Below the pieces are notes generated by a model. That model ran no database searches and was not told where the DNA came from. It saw only the letters and a list, made by a program, of their open reading frames with translations. The translations under genes and the position numbers were made by a program. From an uncultured Spirochaetales bacterium (lineage in GTDB: Bacteria > Spirochaetota > Spirochaetia > SPDA01 > CAZJBZ01), in the NCBI GenBank assembly GCA_964543975.1, contig CAZJBZ010000002.1, forward strand, positions 1-34,757: a stretch of 34,757 nt of DNA, in the 5' to 3' direction. Of this stretch, positions 15,333 through 23,713 are shown one piece after another (the first letter of the stretch is position 1; every line of letters starts with the position of its first letter).

Positions 15333-15563
15333 ATGAATATTACATTATCTGCGGATGAAGAACTGATCAAAAAGGCCCGTGAATACGCAAAACGGCATAA
15401 TTCTTCTCTCAATAATCTTATACGGAATTATCTCGAACAGATTACCAACCAATTGGACAGTGAATCGGCAGCACGTGAGTTCGAGGATATTTGTTCACAC
15501 TTTGCGGGAGAATCGCCCCCCGGATATCGTTTTAATCGGACTGAAGAATACAAGAGAGGATAA
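15333..15563 (+). CDS. vapB: VapB-like antitoxin (small RHH/DUF6364-like protein)
   Basis: 76-aa ORF, MNITLSADEELIKKAREYAKRHNSSLNNLIRNYLEQI, immediately upstream of a PIN-domain gene. Confidence 0.65.
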   Translation: MNITLSADEELIKKAREYAKRHNSSLNNLIRNYLEQITNQLDSESAAREFEDICSHFAGESPPGYRFNRTEEYKRG

Positions 15564-15571
15564 GGCTCTCT

Positions 15572-15985
15572 GTGGCAAAATACTTTCTCGATACAAACAT
15601 ACTCATATACGCTAACGACAAACGAATTCCTGATAAACAGAAAATGGCGGTACACCTCATTTCTCAACTCTTGAAAGGCGGTGGGGGAGTAGTTTCAACC
15701 CAAGTATTACAGGAGTATGCTCATGTCGCTATGAGTAAACTGGGACAAAAAGAAGAGGTGGTCCTTCGGCAGCTTCATTTTCTTGAGAAGATGGAGGTAG
15801 TTTACCAAACTCCAGCAATGATTCGACGAGCGGTAGAAATAAAAAAAACGTACGGCATCAATTTTTGGGATGCATGTATCGTGAGTAACGCCGAATATGC
15901 CCGTTGCGACATGATCTACTCGGAAGACCTCAATACCGGCCAGTTTTATTCAGGAATACGGATACACAATCCCTTCTCCGGATAA
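15572..15985 (+). CDS. vapC: PIN-domain ribonuclease toxin VapC
   Basis: 137-aa ORF with a GTG start. MAKYFLDTNILIYAND carries the conserved N-terminal Asp. Later acidic positions include ...FWDACIV... and ...YSEDL.... The gene sits 8 nt after the antitoxin stop. Confidence 0.8.
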   Translation: MAKYFLDTNILIYANDKRIPDKQKMAVHLISQLLKGGGGVVSTQVLQEYAHVAMSKLGQKEEVVLRQLHFLEKMEVVYQTPAMIRRAVEIKKTYGINFWDACIVSNAEYARCDMIYSEDLNTGQFYSGIRIHNPFSG

Positions 15986-16082
15986 TCTATTATCTTCCAC
16001 TTTGTTACTGCCACGAAGACAATATGAAGTGCCACCCTTTACATGCAAAACTTGTTGAAAATCATTGTTGCCGGACCATTTA

Positions 16083-17275
16083 TTATACGCTGCTCTTTAT
16101 CAATTCCATCACACCGTCTTTTAAAGATGAAAAATCATCAAAGCTCCAGAGCAGTTCGATATCGGGGCGGAGTGTGCTGGTATCTTTTTTGTATCGAGAG
16201 AAATATTTCGTCGAGTATGAGAGGGTAAGACCTGAATGAGGAAGGGTCACCCTTTTCACCTCCCCGTAGTGGTTCGGTTTACCGCCTGTCGGTTCTCCGA
16301 TTAAAACGGCACCGGCTTTCTGTTTTAAGTCGATAGCGTTGAGCACCGCAGATCGATTACCACTTTTTCAACCGGTCGGGTCCGCATTATCTTTTTTATT
16401 TCTTCGAAAAACGGATAGAACGGTTTATCAGGATCATTCCTGCACTGGTTGTACTGGATATAGAGGATTTTTTCATCGCTTAAGTACTGCATTCGGTACG
16501 GGGTTCGGGTGTTAAAAATGTAGAGCGGAATTTCATTTTGATCATCGGGGAACGGTACCGCGCCTCCAAGAAGCCTGTACCAATCGATTTCGCTGTTTTT
16601 CGAAACAGTCGAGACTGTTATCGACTGTTCGCCGCCCTTCTCATCAAGAAGTCGGTAGGTTGCCTCATCGGTTTCAATAACATCCAGGGCACGCAAATAA
16701 TCCGAAAGGACCAGGAAATCGGTATACCGTTTCCACAGTTGTGCTTCATTCTCATGCGGCACAATGTCGGCGATCTTTTGTTTTATCTCTTGGACAGAAA
16801 CACCATTGATTGCTGTGAGTTTCATCCCTACATAGTCGGCATACTCCTCCGGCGCGACACGGAGAAAAACCCCTTCTTTGAAATGGGTAAAGGTTAAGGG
16901 AAAAAGTTCCTCGACCTGCAACGAGAGGTCGGTGTGGGCGTCTCCCACGTCGCTCAGCAGGCGGCGCAGTTCTATTTCGATTTCTCTATCGGAGAGATTC
17001 GGCACCTCTTTTCGTAACGCGGCAAGTCGGTCCATGTACTCTTTTTCACCTATCGCAAAAAAGAGGTTTTTATGCAGCTTCGGCAACCTGGTTTCAAAAA
17101 CTTCGATGTCGGTATCCCATGTAGTGGAGGTGTTCTCCTGTTCGGTTCGGTATCGAGAATCTTGTACGATAGGTCCCGACGCACAGCCGCCTGAGAACAG
17201 TATTACGGTTCCAACAACGATTAAGAAACTGACTATTGTGTGGATGATTCTTGATAGTGATAACGTACTTTTCAT
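16083..17275 (-). pseudogene. S41-family peptidase lipoprotein gene disrupted by an internal deletion and frameshift
   Basis: Two same-strand ORFs in different frames (16325..17323 and 16083..16346). The N-terminal part has a lipobox signal (VILFSGGC; start trimmed to the ATG at 17275 with AGGAGGG) and ends ...VEKVVIDLR then stops. The C-terminal part reads (S)AVLNAIDLKQKAGAVLIGEPTGGKPNHYGE...RPDIEL. The roughly 60 aa normally found between DLRxNxGG and the Ser-containing block are absent. Confidence 0.65.
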
Positions 17276-17335
17276 TTCCTTTCCCTCCTGCATTCTCTGT
17301 TGGTGATTGTGAATTCCATCCATTTCAGGGGCCCG

Positions 17336-18241
17336 TTATGACTGTGCTGCCAACCTCTCGAAAGACGTCTGACTTCGTTTTTCTTTGGCGTGAGTGAAAA
17401 CAGTAATCAGAATTGCCGCAGCGGAAACGACGAGAAGACCCGAATCTCCAAGCCATAAAAATGCACCTTCACCGCCTGTGTGTCCGTCGAAAGGATTCTG
17501 AATAACCGAATTCCAGGCGCTATGGGCGATTATGGCCGGCCAAAGGGAACCTGTAAGAATTCGCCATCGGGACCATAAAGAGTGCAGCGCAACAGCTAAG
17601 ACGGCAAATGTCAGCGCGGATACTATCGGATAGGGACCGCTTGTATATTGGCCGCTTAGTATAAGCGGTGTGTGCCACAGGGACCAGATGAGACCCCCTA
17701 TCAGATTCGGCGCATTCCATCCTGATTCCATAAGTTTACCGGTCATGTAGCCACGCCAGCCTATTTCTTCACCAGTGACAATTACTATACCGAAAAGCGT
17801 TGCGACAGTTACAGCCTTTGCTACCCCAGTCAGCAATCCTATGACTGGATTTTGACCGGTTGTCAGGGGTCGGAACTCGGCTAATCCGGTGAGCCACGCC
17901 CCTCCATACGAGAGAAATCCTACAATAAGAGGAAAAAGCAGTGCAATCCCGATGCTTTTCCATATAGAACGCCCACGAAGCGTGAATCCGATTCCTCGGA
18001 AACCTTCCTTCCGGATCAGACGAATGACAAGCGAGGCAGCCGCGGGAGTCCACATTAAAAGAATGATAAGTATCTGATTTTCATAGACGGAGCGTCCCGT
18101 AAGAAATATAAGCAAATAGAGCGGCGTTGAAAGTGCAAAAACCGCAATAAGATAGTAGATGAGACTTTTACGGGCCTTTTGTTGCTTGGTAAGTCCTTTG
18201 AAGCTCTTTGTCGTTTTGTCGTACATTGTGTCGGTTCGCAT
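17336..18241 (-). CDS. CPBP-family intramembrane glutamic endopeptidase (CAAX protease / Abi family)
   Basis: ORF 17336..18274, trimmed to the ATG at 18241 (AAGGAG 6 nt upstream). Motifs: EEIGWRGY, SLWHTP, HSAWN. Multiple TM helices. Confidence 0.8.
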   Translation of the reverse strand: MRTDTMYDKTTKSFKGLTKQQKARKSLIYYLIAVFALSTPLYLLIFLTGRSVYENQILIILLMWTPAAASLVIRLIRKEGFRGIGFTLRGRSIWKSIGIALLFPLIVGFLSYGGAWLTGLAEFRPLTTGQNPVIGLLTGVAKAVTVATLFGIVIVTGEEIGWRGYMTGKLMESGWNAPNLIGGLIWSLWHTPLILSGQYTSGPYPIVSALTFAVLAVALHSLWSRWRILTGSLWPAIIAHSAWNSVIQNPFDGHTGGEGAFLWLGDSGLLVVSAAAILITVFTHAKEKRSQTSFERLAAQS

Positions 18242-18321
18242 TTTTTTCTCCTTAATAAGGCTGTTTGAATACAACCTTTAAAAATAAATAATCTATTAGA
18301 AGATGATTGATATAAAACAGA

Positions 18322-18477
18322 TTATTCCGACGATGCCGAGACAGAAAATAAACCAAACTGATTGTCGCAGCTCACTGTTTTCCATACTACATAGAGTAGG
18401 ACTGCCGCGGCAGAGAAAACCATAGCGGCTACAATCGATGCAATACTAAGAAACTGTACGGTGTAGTCTGAATCCAT
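18322..18477 (-). CDS. Unannotated 52-codon single-pass membrane peptide upstream of the CPBP protease gene
   Basis: Hand translation: MDSDYTVQFLSIASIVAAMVFSAAAVLLYVVWKTVSCDNQFGLFSVSASSE*. The ATG at 18477 is preceded by TAGGAGGAACAG. It lies 80 bp upstream of the CPBP start on the same strand, after the terminator of the preceding gene. Confidence 0.5.
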   Translation of the reverse strand: MDSDYTVQFLSIASIVAAMVFSAAAVLLYVVWKTVSCDNQFGLFSVSASSE

Positions 18478-18625
18478 CTGTTCCTCCTAACGGTAACAAA
18501 AATAGGGAAACAGCAGAGAAAAGACTATCCGAGAAAATACTTAATTTTGTCGGTTTTCTAGAAATAGGTATTTATACTCAGAGATTTGGTTCTATTTCCA
18601 ATCTGATTTCATAAACGGGAAAGTA

Positions 18626-18674
18626 TAAAAACCTGCCGCCGTAGAAGTGTTTCCGGGCATAATCCGACGGCAGG
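18626..18674 (-). terminator. Rho-independent terminator of the GyrI-like gene
   Basis: On the minus strand: CCTGCCG (18674-18668), about 29 nt with internal pairing, CGGCAGG (18638-18632), then TTTTTATAC. Confidence 0.55.
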
Positions 18675-18720
18675 CCTATTCTCTGCGATATCAAGTATGG
18701 TGTAACAACTTGCCCAATTT

Positions 18721-19173
18721 TTAGTTCTTCAGCGGGAAGTATATCTCGGTTTTCAAATCTTCCGGTTTTGTCTCCGTAGGATCGGTGAGGTAGACCTCAT
18801 AGCTTATTCCCACCGGCTCCTTGCCCTGTTCTTTGGCAAACGCTATTAACTTGTTGTATGTTTCCTCGATGGTATCGTAAGGCCCTTCATGCATTCCTAC
18901 CACCGTTTTTCCGCCGGGGATCGTCCCTTCCTGTACTCTTCCTCCCAGCCCGGACACAGACTGGGCGACCGGAAAACCGAATTCAATCCGGAGATTGCTC
19001 ATGTCATCGTTCAAATAGAGCGCGTAGGGAGCTCCTGTCGGTTGAACTCCCGCCTTGCCCGCTTCCTGCATAATCTCTCCGTACCCTTCTCCGAACACCT
19101 GAGACAGCTTCTCAACCGGTGTTGTCGCTTTAATACACATCGACTTTTGTTCTTTTACTTCTCTAATTTCCAT
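18721..19173 (-). CDS. GyrI-like small-molecule-binding domain protein (AraC effector-binding fold)
   Basis: ORF 18721..19215, trimmed to the ATG at 19173 (AAGGAG upstream). MEIREVKEQKSMCIKATTP...GAPYALYLND...EFGFPV...GGKTVVGMHEGPYDTIEETYNKL...YEVYLTDP is the typical GyrI-like pattern. Confidence 0.7.
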   Translation of the reverse strand: MEIREVKEQKSMCIKATTPVEKLSQVFGEGYGEIMQEAGKAGVQPTGAPYALYLNDDMSNLRIEFGFPVAQSVSGLGGRVQEGTIPGGKTVVGMHEGPYDTIEETYNKLIAFAKEQGKEPVGISYEVYLTDPTETKPEDLKTEIYFPLKN

Positions 19174-19278
19174 ATCATTACTCCTTACTTTTGGTGCTTG
19201 TTTTTCTCCAGCCACCGTTTGTTTTGGGGTTCAGGATCCAGCGGTTATCCTTTGCACCCCCTATTGTTGTCCTTACTA

Positions 19279-19310
19279 TACGACGGGAAATACGACAGCA
19301 GTATGTCGTA
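19279..19310. promoter_or_regulatory. TACGAC repeats including a perfect inverted repeat, overlapping the putative promoter of the GyrI-like gene (candidate operator)
   Basis: TACGAC (19279-19284), then TACGACA (19291-19297), gcagta, TGTCGTA (19304-19310). On the minus strand, TATAGT sits at 19280-19275. A T10-G-T8 tract lies at 19317-19335. Confidence 0.45.
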
Positions 19311-19453
19311 ATTAAATTTTTTTTTTGTTTTTTTTGGTGATTGGCCGGAAAACCAAAAGGGGAGTGCCGTTTTTCCGGGAAACCCAACCGGGGGGTGACC
19401 CTTTGCCGGCACCGACTATTGTGCTGGTAGTGGTGTGAGTCGTGCGGCACTGC

Positions 19454-20389
19454 CTATTCGTAGAGGTGAACGATTTCTTGCGCCGCATCCTTGATGAGCG
19501 TACGGATCCGCTCGGGTGAGAGCACCTCAACATATTTACCATAACTCAAAATAAGTCCGTAGACCCAGCCGTCTTCCGGCATCCGGCTTTTAACGATCAG
19601 CGAACCGTCGGGCTGTTCGTGAAGCTCATCCGCCGGGTAATACTCTTCGACAACGGGTCTGATAAAGGGATCGAACTTCAGGATGAGCTCGATCCAATCC
19701 GCCGTGTTCCACTGACCGGTCTCTTGGGAGAATTCCTGTAAATTCTTTTTGCGTCGTGAAAATCGGCGGTCAAATGTCCGAACATCCCGGATGCGCCCTA
19801 ATCGGAAAATCCTGAAATCGTTTCTCAATCGGCAGAACCCGAACAGGTACCACGATCGCCATTTGAACGAGAGGGTCATTGGTTCCACCGTTCGTTCCGT
19901 CCGTTCCAGCCTGTTGCTGCTGTAGGAAAAAGAGACCAGCCGCTGCTGTTCGATGGCCTGTTCGAGTACGCGGAACAGCTGCCGTTGTTTTTCCGAACCC
20001 CCGAATGCGCTGAAATCGATCGAAAGTTTTTCGCTTTTCTGTTCCAGAATAGAAGCCCCCTCTCGGGGGAGCAGGTTTTTCATTTTCTCTATTGTCGAAC
20101 GGATGGTTCCTCCCGGAAGAGAGGAGTCGATACTGTGTAAAGCGGTAATGATGAAAAAGAGGTCGTCGGCCGATACATACTGGCGGTCGAGTTTAAAGCT
20201 GTTCATGATGGAATAGCCGCCGGATGGGCCCTGGATGGTTACGATAGGAATACCGGCCAATTCGATTGCATCCATGTCCCGTTGTATAGTCCTCACCGAC
20301 ACTTCGAATTTCTCCGCCAATTCACGTGCCGTTACCAGATCACGGTTCAATAGATATATTATGATTGAAAGAAGTCTGTCCGTTTTCAT
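19454..20389 (-). CDS. YafY-type transcriptional regulator (DeoR-like HTH plus WYL domain)
   Basis: 311-aa ORF. MKTDRLLSIIIYLLNRDLVTARELAEKFEVSVRTIQRDMDAIE is the HTH. WRSWYLFGFCRLRNDFRIFRLGRI is the WYL-domain signature. Confidence 0.8.
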   Translation of the reverse strand: MKTDRLLSIIIYLLNRDLVTARELAEKFEVSVRTIQRDMDAIELAGIPIVTIQGPSGGYSIMNSFKLDRQYVSADDLFFIITALHSIDSSLPGGTIRSTIEKMKNLLPREGASILEQKSEKLSIDFSAFGGSEKQRQLFRVLEQAIEQQRLVSFSYSSNRLERTERTVEPMTLSFKWRSWYLFGFCRLRNDFRIFRLGRIRDVRTFDRRFSRRKKNLQEFSQETGQWNTADWIELILKFDPFIRPVVEEYYPADELHEQPDGSLIVKSRMPEDGWVYGLILSYGKYVEVLSPERIRTLIKDAAQEIVHLYE

Positions 20390-20559
20390 GGTTTCTTAAT
20401 AGTAGCATGCAGTTGTGTGCTCTTCCAGCCGATATTCATACCATTATTGACAGCAGGGTAAAAACCGATACAAGATGGCCACAGGAGAGCATGCCGGTAA
20501 AGTGTGTCGGCAGCAGGCGTGACGTCCGAGAAAAACGTCCGATAGAGAGGAGGCGAAGC

Positions 20560-21903
20560 GTGGGAGCGTTCAAAGCGTACGATATACGAGGCATCTACAA
20601 TAAAGATTTTAATAAAGACGATGTGTATAAAATCGGCAGGTTCCTTCCGGGGCTTCTGAAGGCGGACAAGGTATTGGTAGGAAGGGATGTACGGGAGACG
20701 TCACCCGAAGTGTACGACTATCTGACAGGTGGAATTACCGACAGCGGGACCGACGTCTACGACATGGGATTGGCCACCACCCCCATGGTCTATTTCACGA
20801 CGGCGAGACACGAGTTTCCCGCTTCCGTACAAATCACTGCCTCCCACAATCCGAAAGAGTACAACGGGCTCAAAATATCGAAAACCGGGGCGCTTCCGGT
20901 CGGCTACGAATCCGGCCTGGCCGAGCTCGAACAGTTAGTCCGTTCCGGGCCTCTCGGTGCTCCGGCTGCATCGAAGGGAAAAATTCGAGAGCACGACGTG
21001 AGGCAGGAGTATATCGATTACATGAAACAGTTCGCTCCCGCCGGCGGGATGCAGGTCGGTGTCGACTGCTCCAACGGAATGGCCGCGTTGGTGATCAAGG
21101 ATATCTTAGGAACAGGGCCGCACTACATCTACGACACCTTGGACGGGACCTTTCCCAATCATGAACCGAATCCGCTTATAGAGGAAAACGTTGCCGATCT
21201 CAAACAGCTGGTAAAAGCAAACGGTCTGGATGCAGGCATCATCTTTGACGGAGATGCCGATCGGGTCATGTTTACCGATGAACGGGGTCGGTTTATTTCA
21301 CCGGACCTCATTATCGGAGTCATCGCGCACTTCTATCTGAAGAAGGAGAGCGGTTACGTGCTCCATGATATCCGCGCCTCCCGAAGTGTTTCCGAATATA
21401 TACGCTCCTTCGGCAGTACCCCCTACATGTGGAAGGTCGGCCACGCCTACGCCAAGGTGAAACTCCGCGAGCTGAAGGCGATTTTCGGAGGGGAGCTGGC
21501 CGGCCACTACTATTTCAGGGATTTTTACCACTGCGATTCGGGAATTCTCGCCGCCCTCATTGTTTTGGACGTTCTCGAGCAGATGAATGCGGAGGGAAAG
21601 ACATTTTCTCAATTAATCGCGGAGATATCGAAATACGCCTACTCCGGAGAAATCAACTTCAAGATTGAAGAAAAGGAGAAGGCGATGGAAGCGCTGAAAG
21701 CAACGTTTACCGAAAAAGAAGAACCAACGGCAGTCCACGACTTCGACGGTTACCGGATAGAGTTCCCCGACTGGTGGTTCAATGTCCGTCCCTCGAATAC
21801 GGAACCATACCTTCGTCTGGTGGCGGAGGCTGAGAATGAAGAGATGCTTTCGGAGAAACTCGACCTGCTGCTGGAAGCGCTTGCACCGTTTCTCACCGGG
21901 TAG
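20560..21903 (+). CDS. Phosphomannomutase/phosphoglucomutase (alpha-D-phosphohexomutase family)
   Basis: ORF 20365..21903, trimmed to the GTG at 20560 (GAGGAGG 6 nt upstream), giving (M)GAFKAYDIRGIY. Active-site Ser loop ITASHNPKEYNG; metal loop FDGDADR. Confidence 0.85.
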   Translation: MGAFKAYDIRGIYNKDFNKDDVYKIGRFLPGLLKADKVLVGRDVRETSPEVYDYLTGGITDSGTDVYDMGLATTPMVYFTTARHEFPASVQITASHNPKEYNGLKISKTGALPVGYESGLAELEQLVRSGPLGAPAASKGKIREHDVRQEYIDYMKQFAPAGGMQVGVDCSNGMAALVIKDILGTGPHYIYDTLDGTFPNHEPNPLIEENVADLKQLVKANGLDAGIIFDGDADRVMFTDERGRFISPDLIIGVIAHFYLKKESGYVLHDIRASRSVSEYIRSFGSTPYMWKVGHAYAKVKLRELKAIFGGELAGHYYFRDFYHCDSGILAALIVLDVLEQMNAEGKTFSQLIAEISKYAYSGEINFKIEEKEKAMEALKATFTEKEEPTAVHDFDGYRIEFPDWWFNVRPSNTEPYLRLVAEAENEEMLSEKLDLLLEALAPFLTG

Positions 21904-21909
21904 TTTCTC

Positions 21910-22938
21910 ATGAAACCGCGGCTTTCCGTCTATTTTTCCCGATCGTACAATCCCTACCTCAATCTCGCCATTGAAGATCATATCTTCAAAAACATGCGTC
22001 CGGATGAACAGATTCTCTATCTGTGGCGCAACGATAATGCGGTGGTCATCGGTCGGTTTCAAAATCCGTGGGTCGAATGCAGGGTGAAAGAGATCGAGCA
22101 TGACGGTGTGTTCCTTGCCCGGCGACAGAGCGGCGGCGGGGCGGTGTATCACGATTTAGGGAACACCAACTTCACCTTCTTTTCACCGAAGACACAATAT
22201 GATAAAGAGCGAAACATCAAAATCATAATCGACAGTCTGGCCCGGTTTGATATCGAGGCGGTAATGTCGGGGAGAAATGATATTCTGGTTGAGGGGAAAA
22301 AAGTCTCCGGAAGCGCGTTCAAATTAGCCTCGTCCAAGGCATTTCATCACGGTACCCTCCTTGTGAATACCGATTTGGAAAAACTTGAATATTATCTGAA
22401 TCCGGACCGGGGGAAATTGGAATCCAAAGGTATCGCCTCTATCCGTTCCCGTGTTGTCAACATAACGGACATCAATCCGTATGTGACCCATGAACAGTTG
22501 TGCGATTCTATTGTAACACGGTTTGTCGCGGAATACGGGGGCACCGTTAAAACCGGCGGACAGGGCCCCGCCGCCACCGTTCTGACCGAAGAAGCGGTCA
22601 TGGCGAATCCTTTGATACGGGCAACGTATGAAAAGTACGCGGATTGGGATTGGAGAATAGGAAAAACCCCCCGGTTTACCGTCCGTTATACAACGCGGTT
22701 CCCGTGGGGAGGTGTCGATGTTCTGCTTTCAACCCGGCACGGATCCATAGAAGAGGCCACTGTCTACTCCGATTCTTTGGATGAAGGGCCCCTTTCCGTT
22801 ATCAGGACGACCCTTCAAGGAAGCCGTTGTACCGGTAACAGGGAGGAATGGGTCCGTCGCGCCTGCTCTCTCGGGGGCGGCAGACGGTGGAAGGACCGTT
22901 TTGAAGACTTTTTTTCTTGGTTTTCTGAAAAAATGTGA
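21910..22938 (+). CDS. lplA: Lipoate-protein ligase A
   Basis: 342-aa ORF. NPYLNLAIEDHIF..., RRQSGGGAVYHDLGN and KVSGSAFK (catalytic Lys region) are typical of LplA. Confidence 0.8.
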   Translation: MKPRLSVYFSRSYNPYLNLAIEDHIFKNMRPDEQILYLWRNDNAVVIGRFQNPWVECRVKEIEHDGVFLARRQSGGGAVYHDLGNTNFTFFSPKTQYDKERNIKIIIDSLARFDIEAVMSGRNDILVEGKKVSGSAFKLASSKAFHHGTLLVNTDLEKLEYYLNPDRGKLESKGIASIRSRVVNITDINPYVTHEQLCDSIVTRFVAEYGGTVKTGGQGPAATVLTEEAVMANPLIRATYEKYADWDWRIGKTPRFTVRYTTRFPWGGVDVLLSTRHGSIEEATVYSDSLDEGPLSVIRTTLQGSRCTGNREEWVRRACSLGGGRRWKDRFEDFFSWFSEKM

Positions 22939-22942
22939 CCGT

Positions 22943-23701
22943 CTAAAACCCCCGCTCCTTCCGGATGGTTTCGTAGGCTTGCTGTATTTCGCTGAACTTT
23001 TTATTTGCGTATTCGACAAACTCTTCCGGCAGCCCTTTGGATGCTATGGTGTCCGGATGATGTTCGAAGACCAGCTGCTTATACTTTTTTTTGATGGTCT
23101 CGTTAGAGTCGTCGCTCGAACACCCCAGAATCGCGTATGCAGTATCGTGCGCCTTTGAATAACGCTGCTTGATGACCCGATAGTAGTCCGCTGTAAAACC
23201 GAAAATCCGTACTGCCTGCAGTATCAGCTCTTCTTCGTTTCGGGTGATGTTGCCGTCCGCGGCGGCGACTCGGATCAAAATATCGATGAGCAGCTCCAGA
23301 AGCTGGGGGTTGGAACGAAACTGACCGTAAAACTGCGAAGCTAAACTCTCGAATGTCTCATTCGATTCAAGGGCGGTTTGAAAAATACGAGAGGCAACCT
23401 GTCTGCTTTGGAAATCGAGATGGAGATCATGCACCATGAAGGTCTCAATGGTAGAAATTTCTTCTCTGCTGATATTTTTGTCCGCCTTGACCAGCTTCGC
23501 GAGCATGGAAAAGGTGGCCACAAAAAAGGTCAGCTGTGCCTTTTGTTCAGGATTGTGAAACGGAGATCTCATCGTGGTGCCGGAGTGCTGGTCCCTTGCA
23601 ACATCGAGACCATGACCGAGAGCGACCCCCGCAATTGCGCCGAGGGGACCGCCTAAGAAGAGACCGATGGTACCTCCGACTATCTTCCCTATCCAACCCA
23701 T
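22943..23701 (-). CDS. djlA: DjlA-like co-chaperone (N-terminal TM segment, TerB-like domain, C-terminal J domain)
   Basis: 252-aa ORF. Glycine-rich TM start MGWIGKIVGGTIGLFLGGPLGAIAG. C-terminal J domain AYAILGCSSDDSNETIKKKYKQLVFEHHPD. Confidence 0.75.
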   Translation of the reverse strand: MGWIGKIVGGTIGLFLGGPLGAIAGVALGHGLDVARDQHSGTTMRSPFHNPEQKAQLTFFVATFSMLAKLVKADKNISREEISTIETFMVHDLHLDFQSRQVASRIFQTALESNETFESLASQFYGQFRSNPQLLELLIDILIRVAAADGNITRNEEELILQAVRIFGFTADYYRVIKQRYSKAHDTAYAILGCSSDDSNETIKKKYKQLVFEHHPDTIASKGLPEEFVEYANKKFSEIQQAYETIRKERGF

Positions 23702-23713
23702 CTGTAGTGTACC

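Noticed and set aside
19345-19378. Hairpin CCGGAAAA...TTTTCCGG as the intrinsic terminator of the WYL regulator gene
   Set aside because: On the transcribed (minus) strand it is followed by an A-rich rather than a U-rich tract. It is kept only as part of the intergenic description.
20365-20559. Long N-terminal extensions proposed by the ORF track, for example PMM from 20365, the response regulator from 11800, radical SAM from 13025, gatA from 25683 and the antitoxin from 10257
   Set aside because: The extensions overlap divergent genes, promoters or upstream genes, and they lack homology-like sequence. Internal starts with good SDs give N-termini that match the family patterns.
21613-22152. 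179-aa minus-strand ORF spanning the PMM/LplA junction
   Set aside because: It is antisense to two confidently identified genes and has no recognisable domain.
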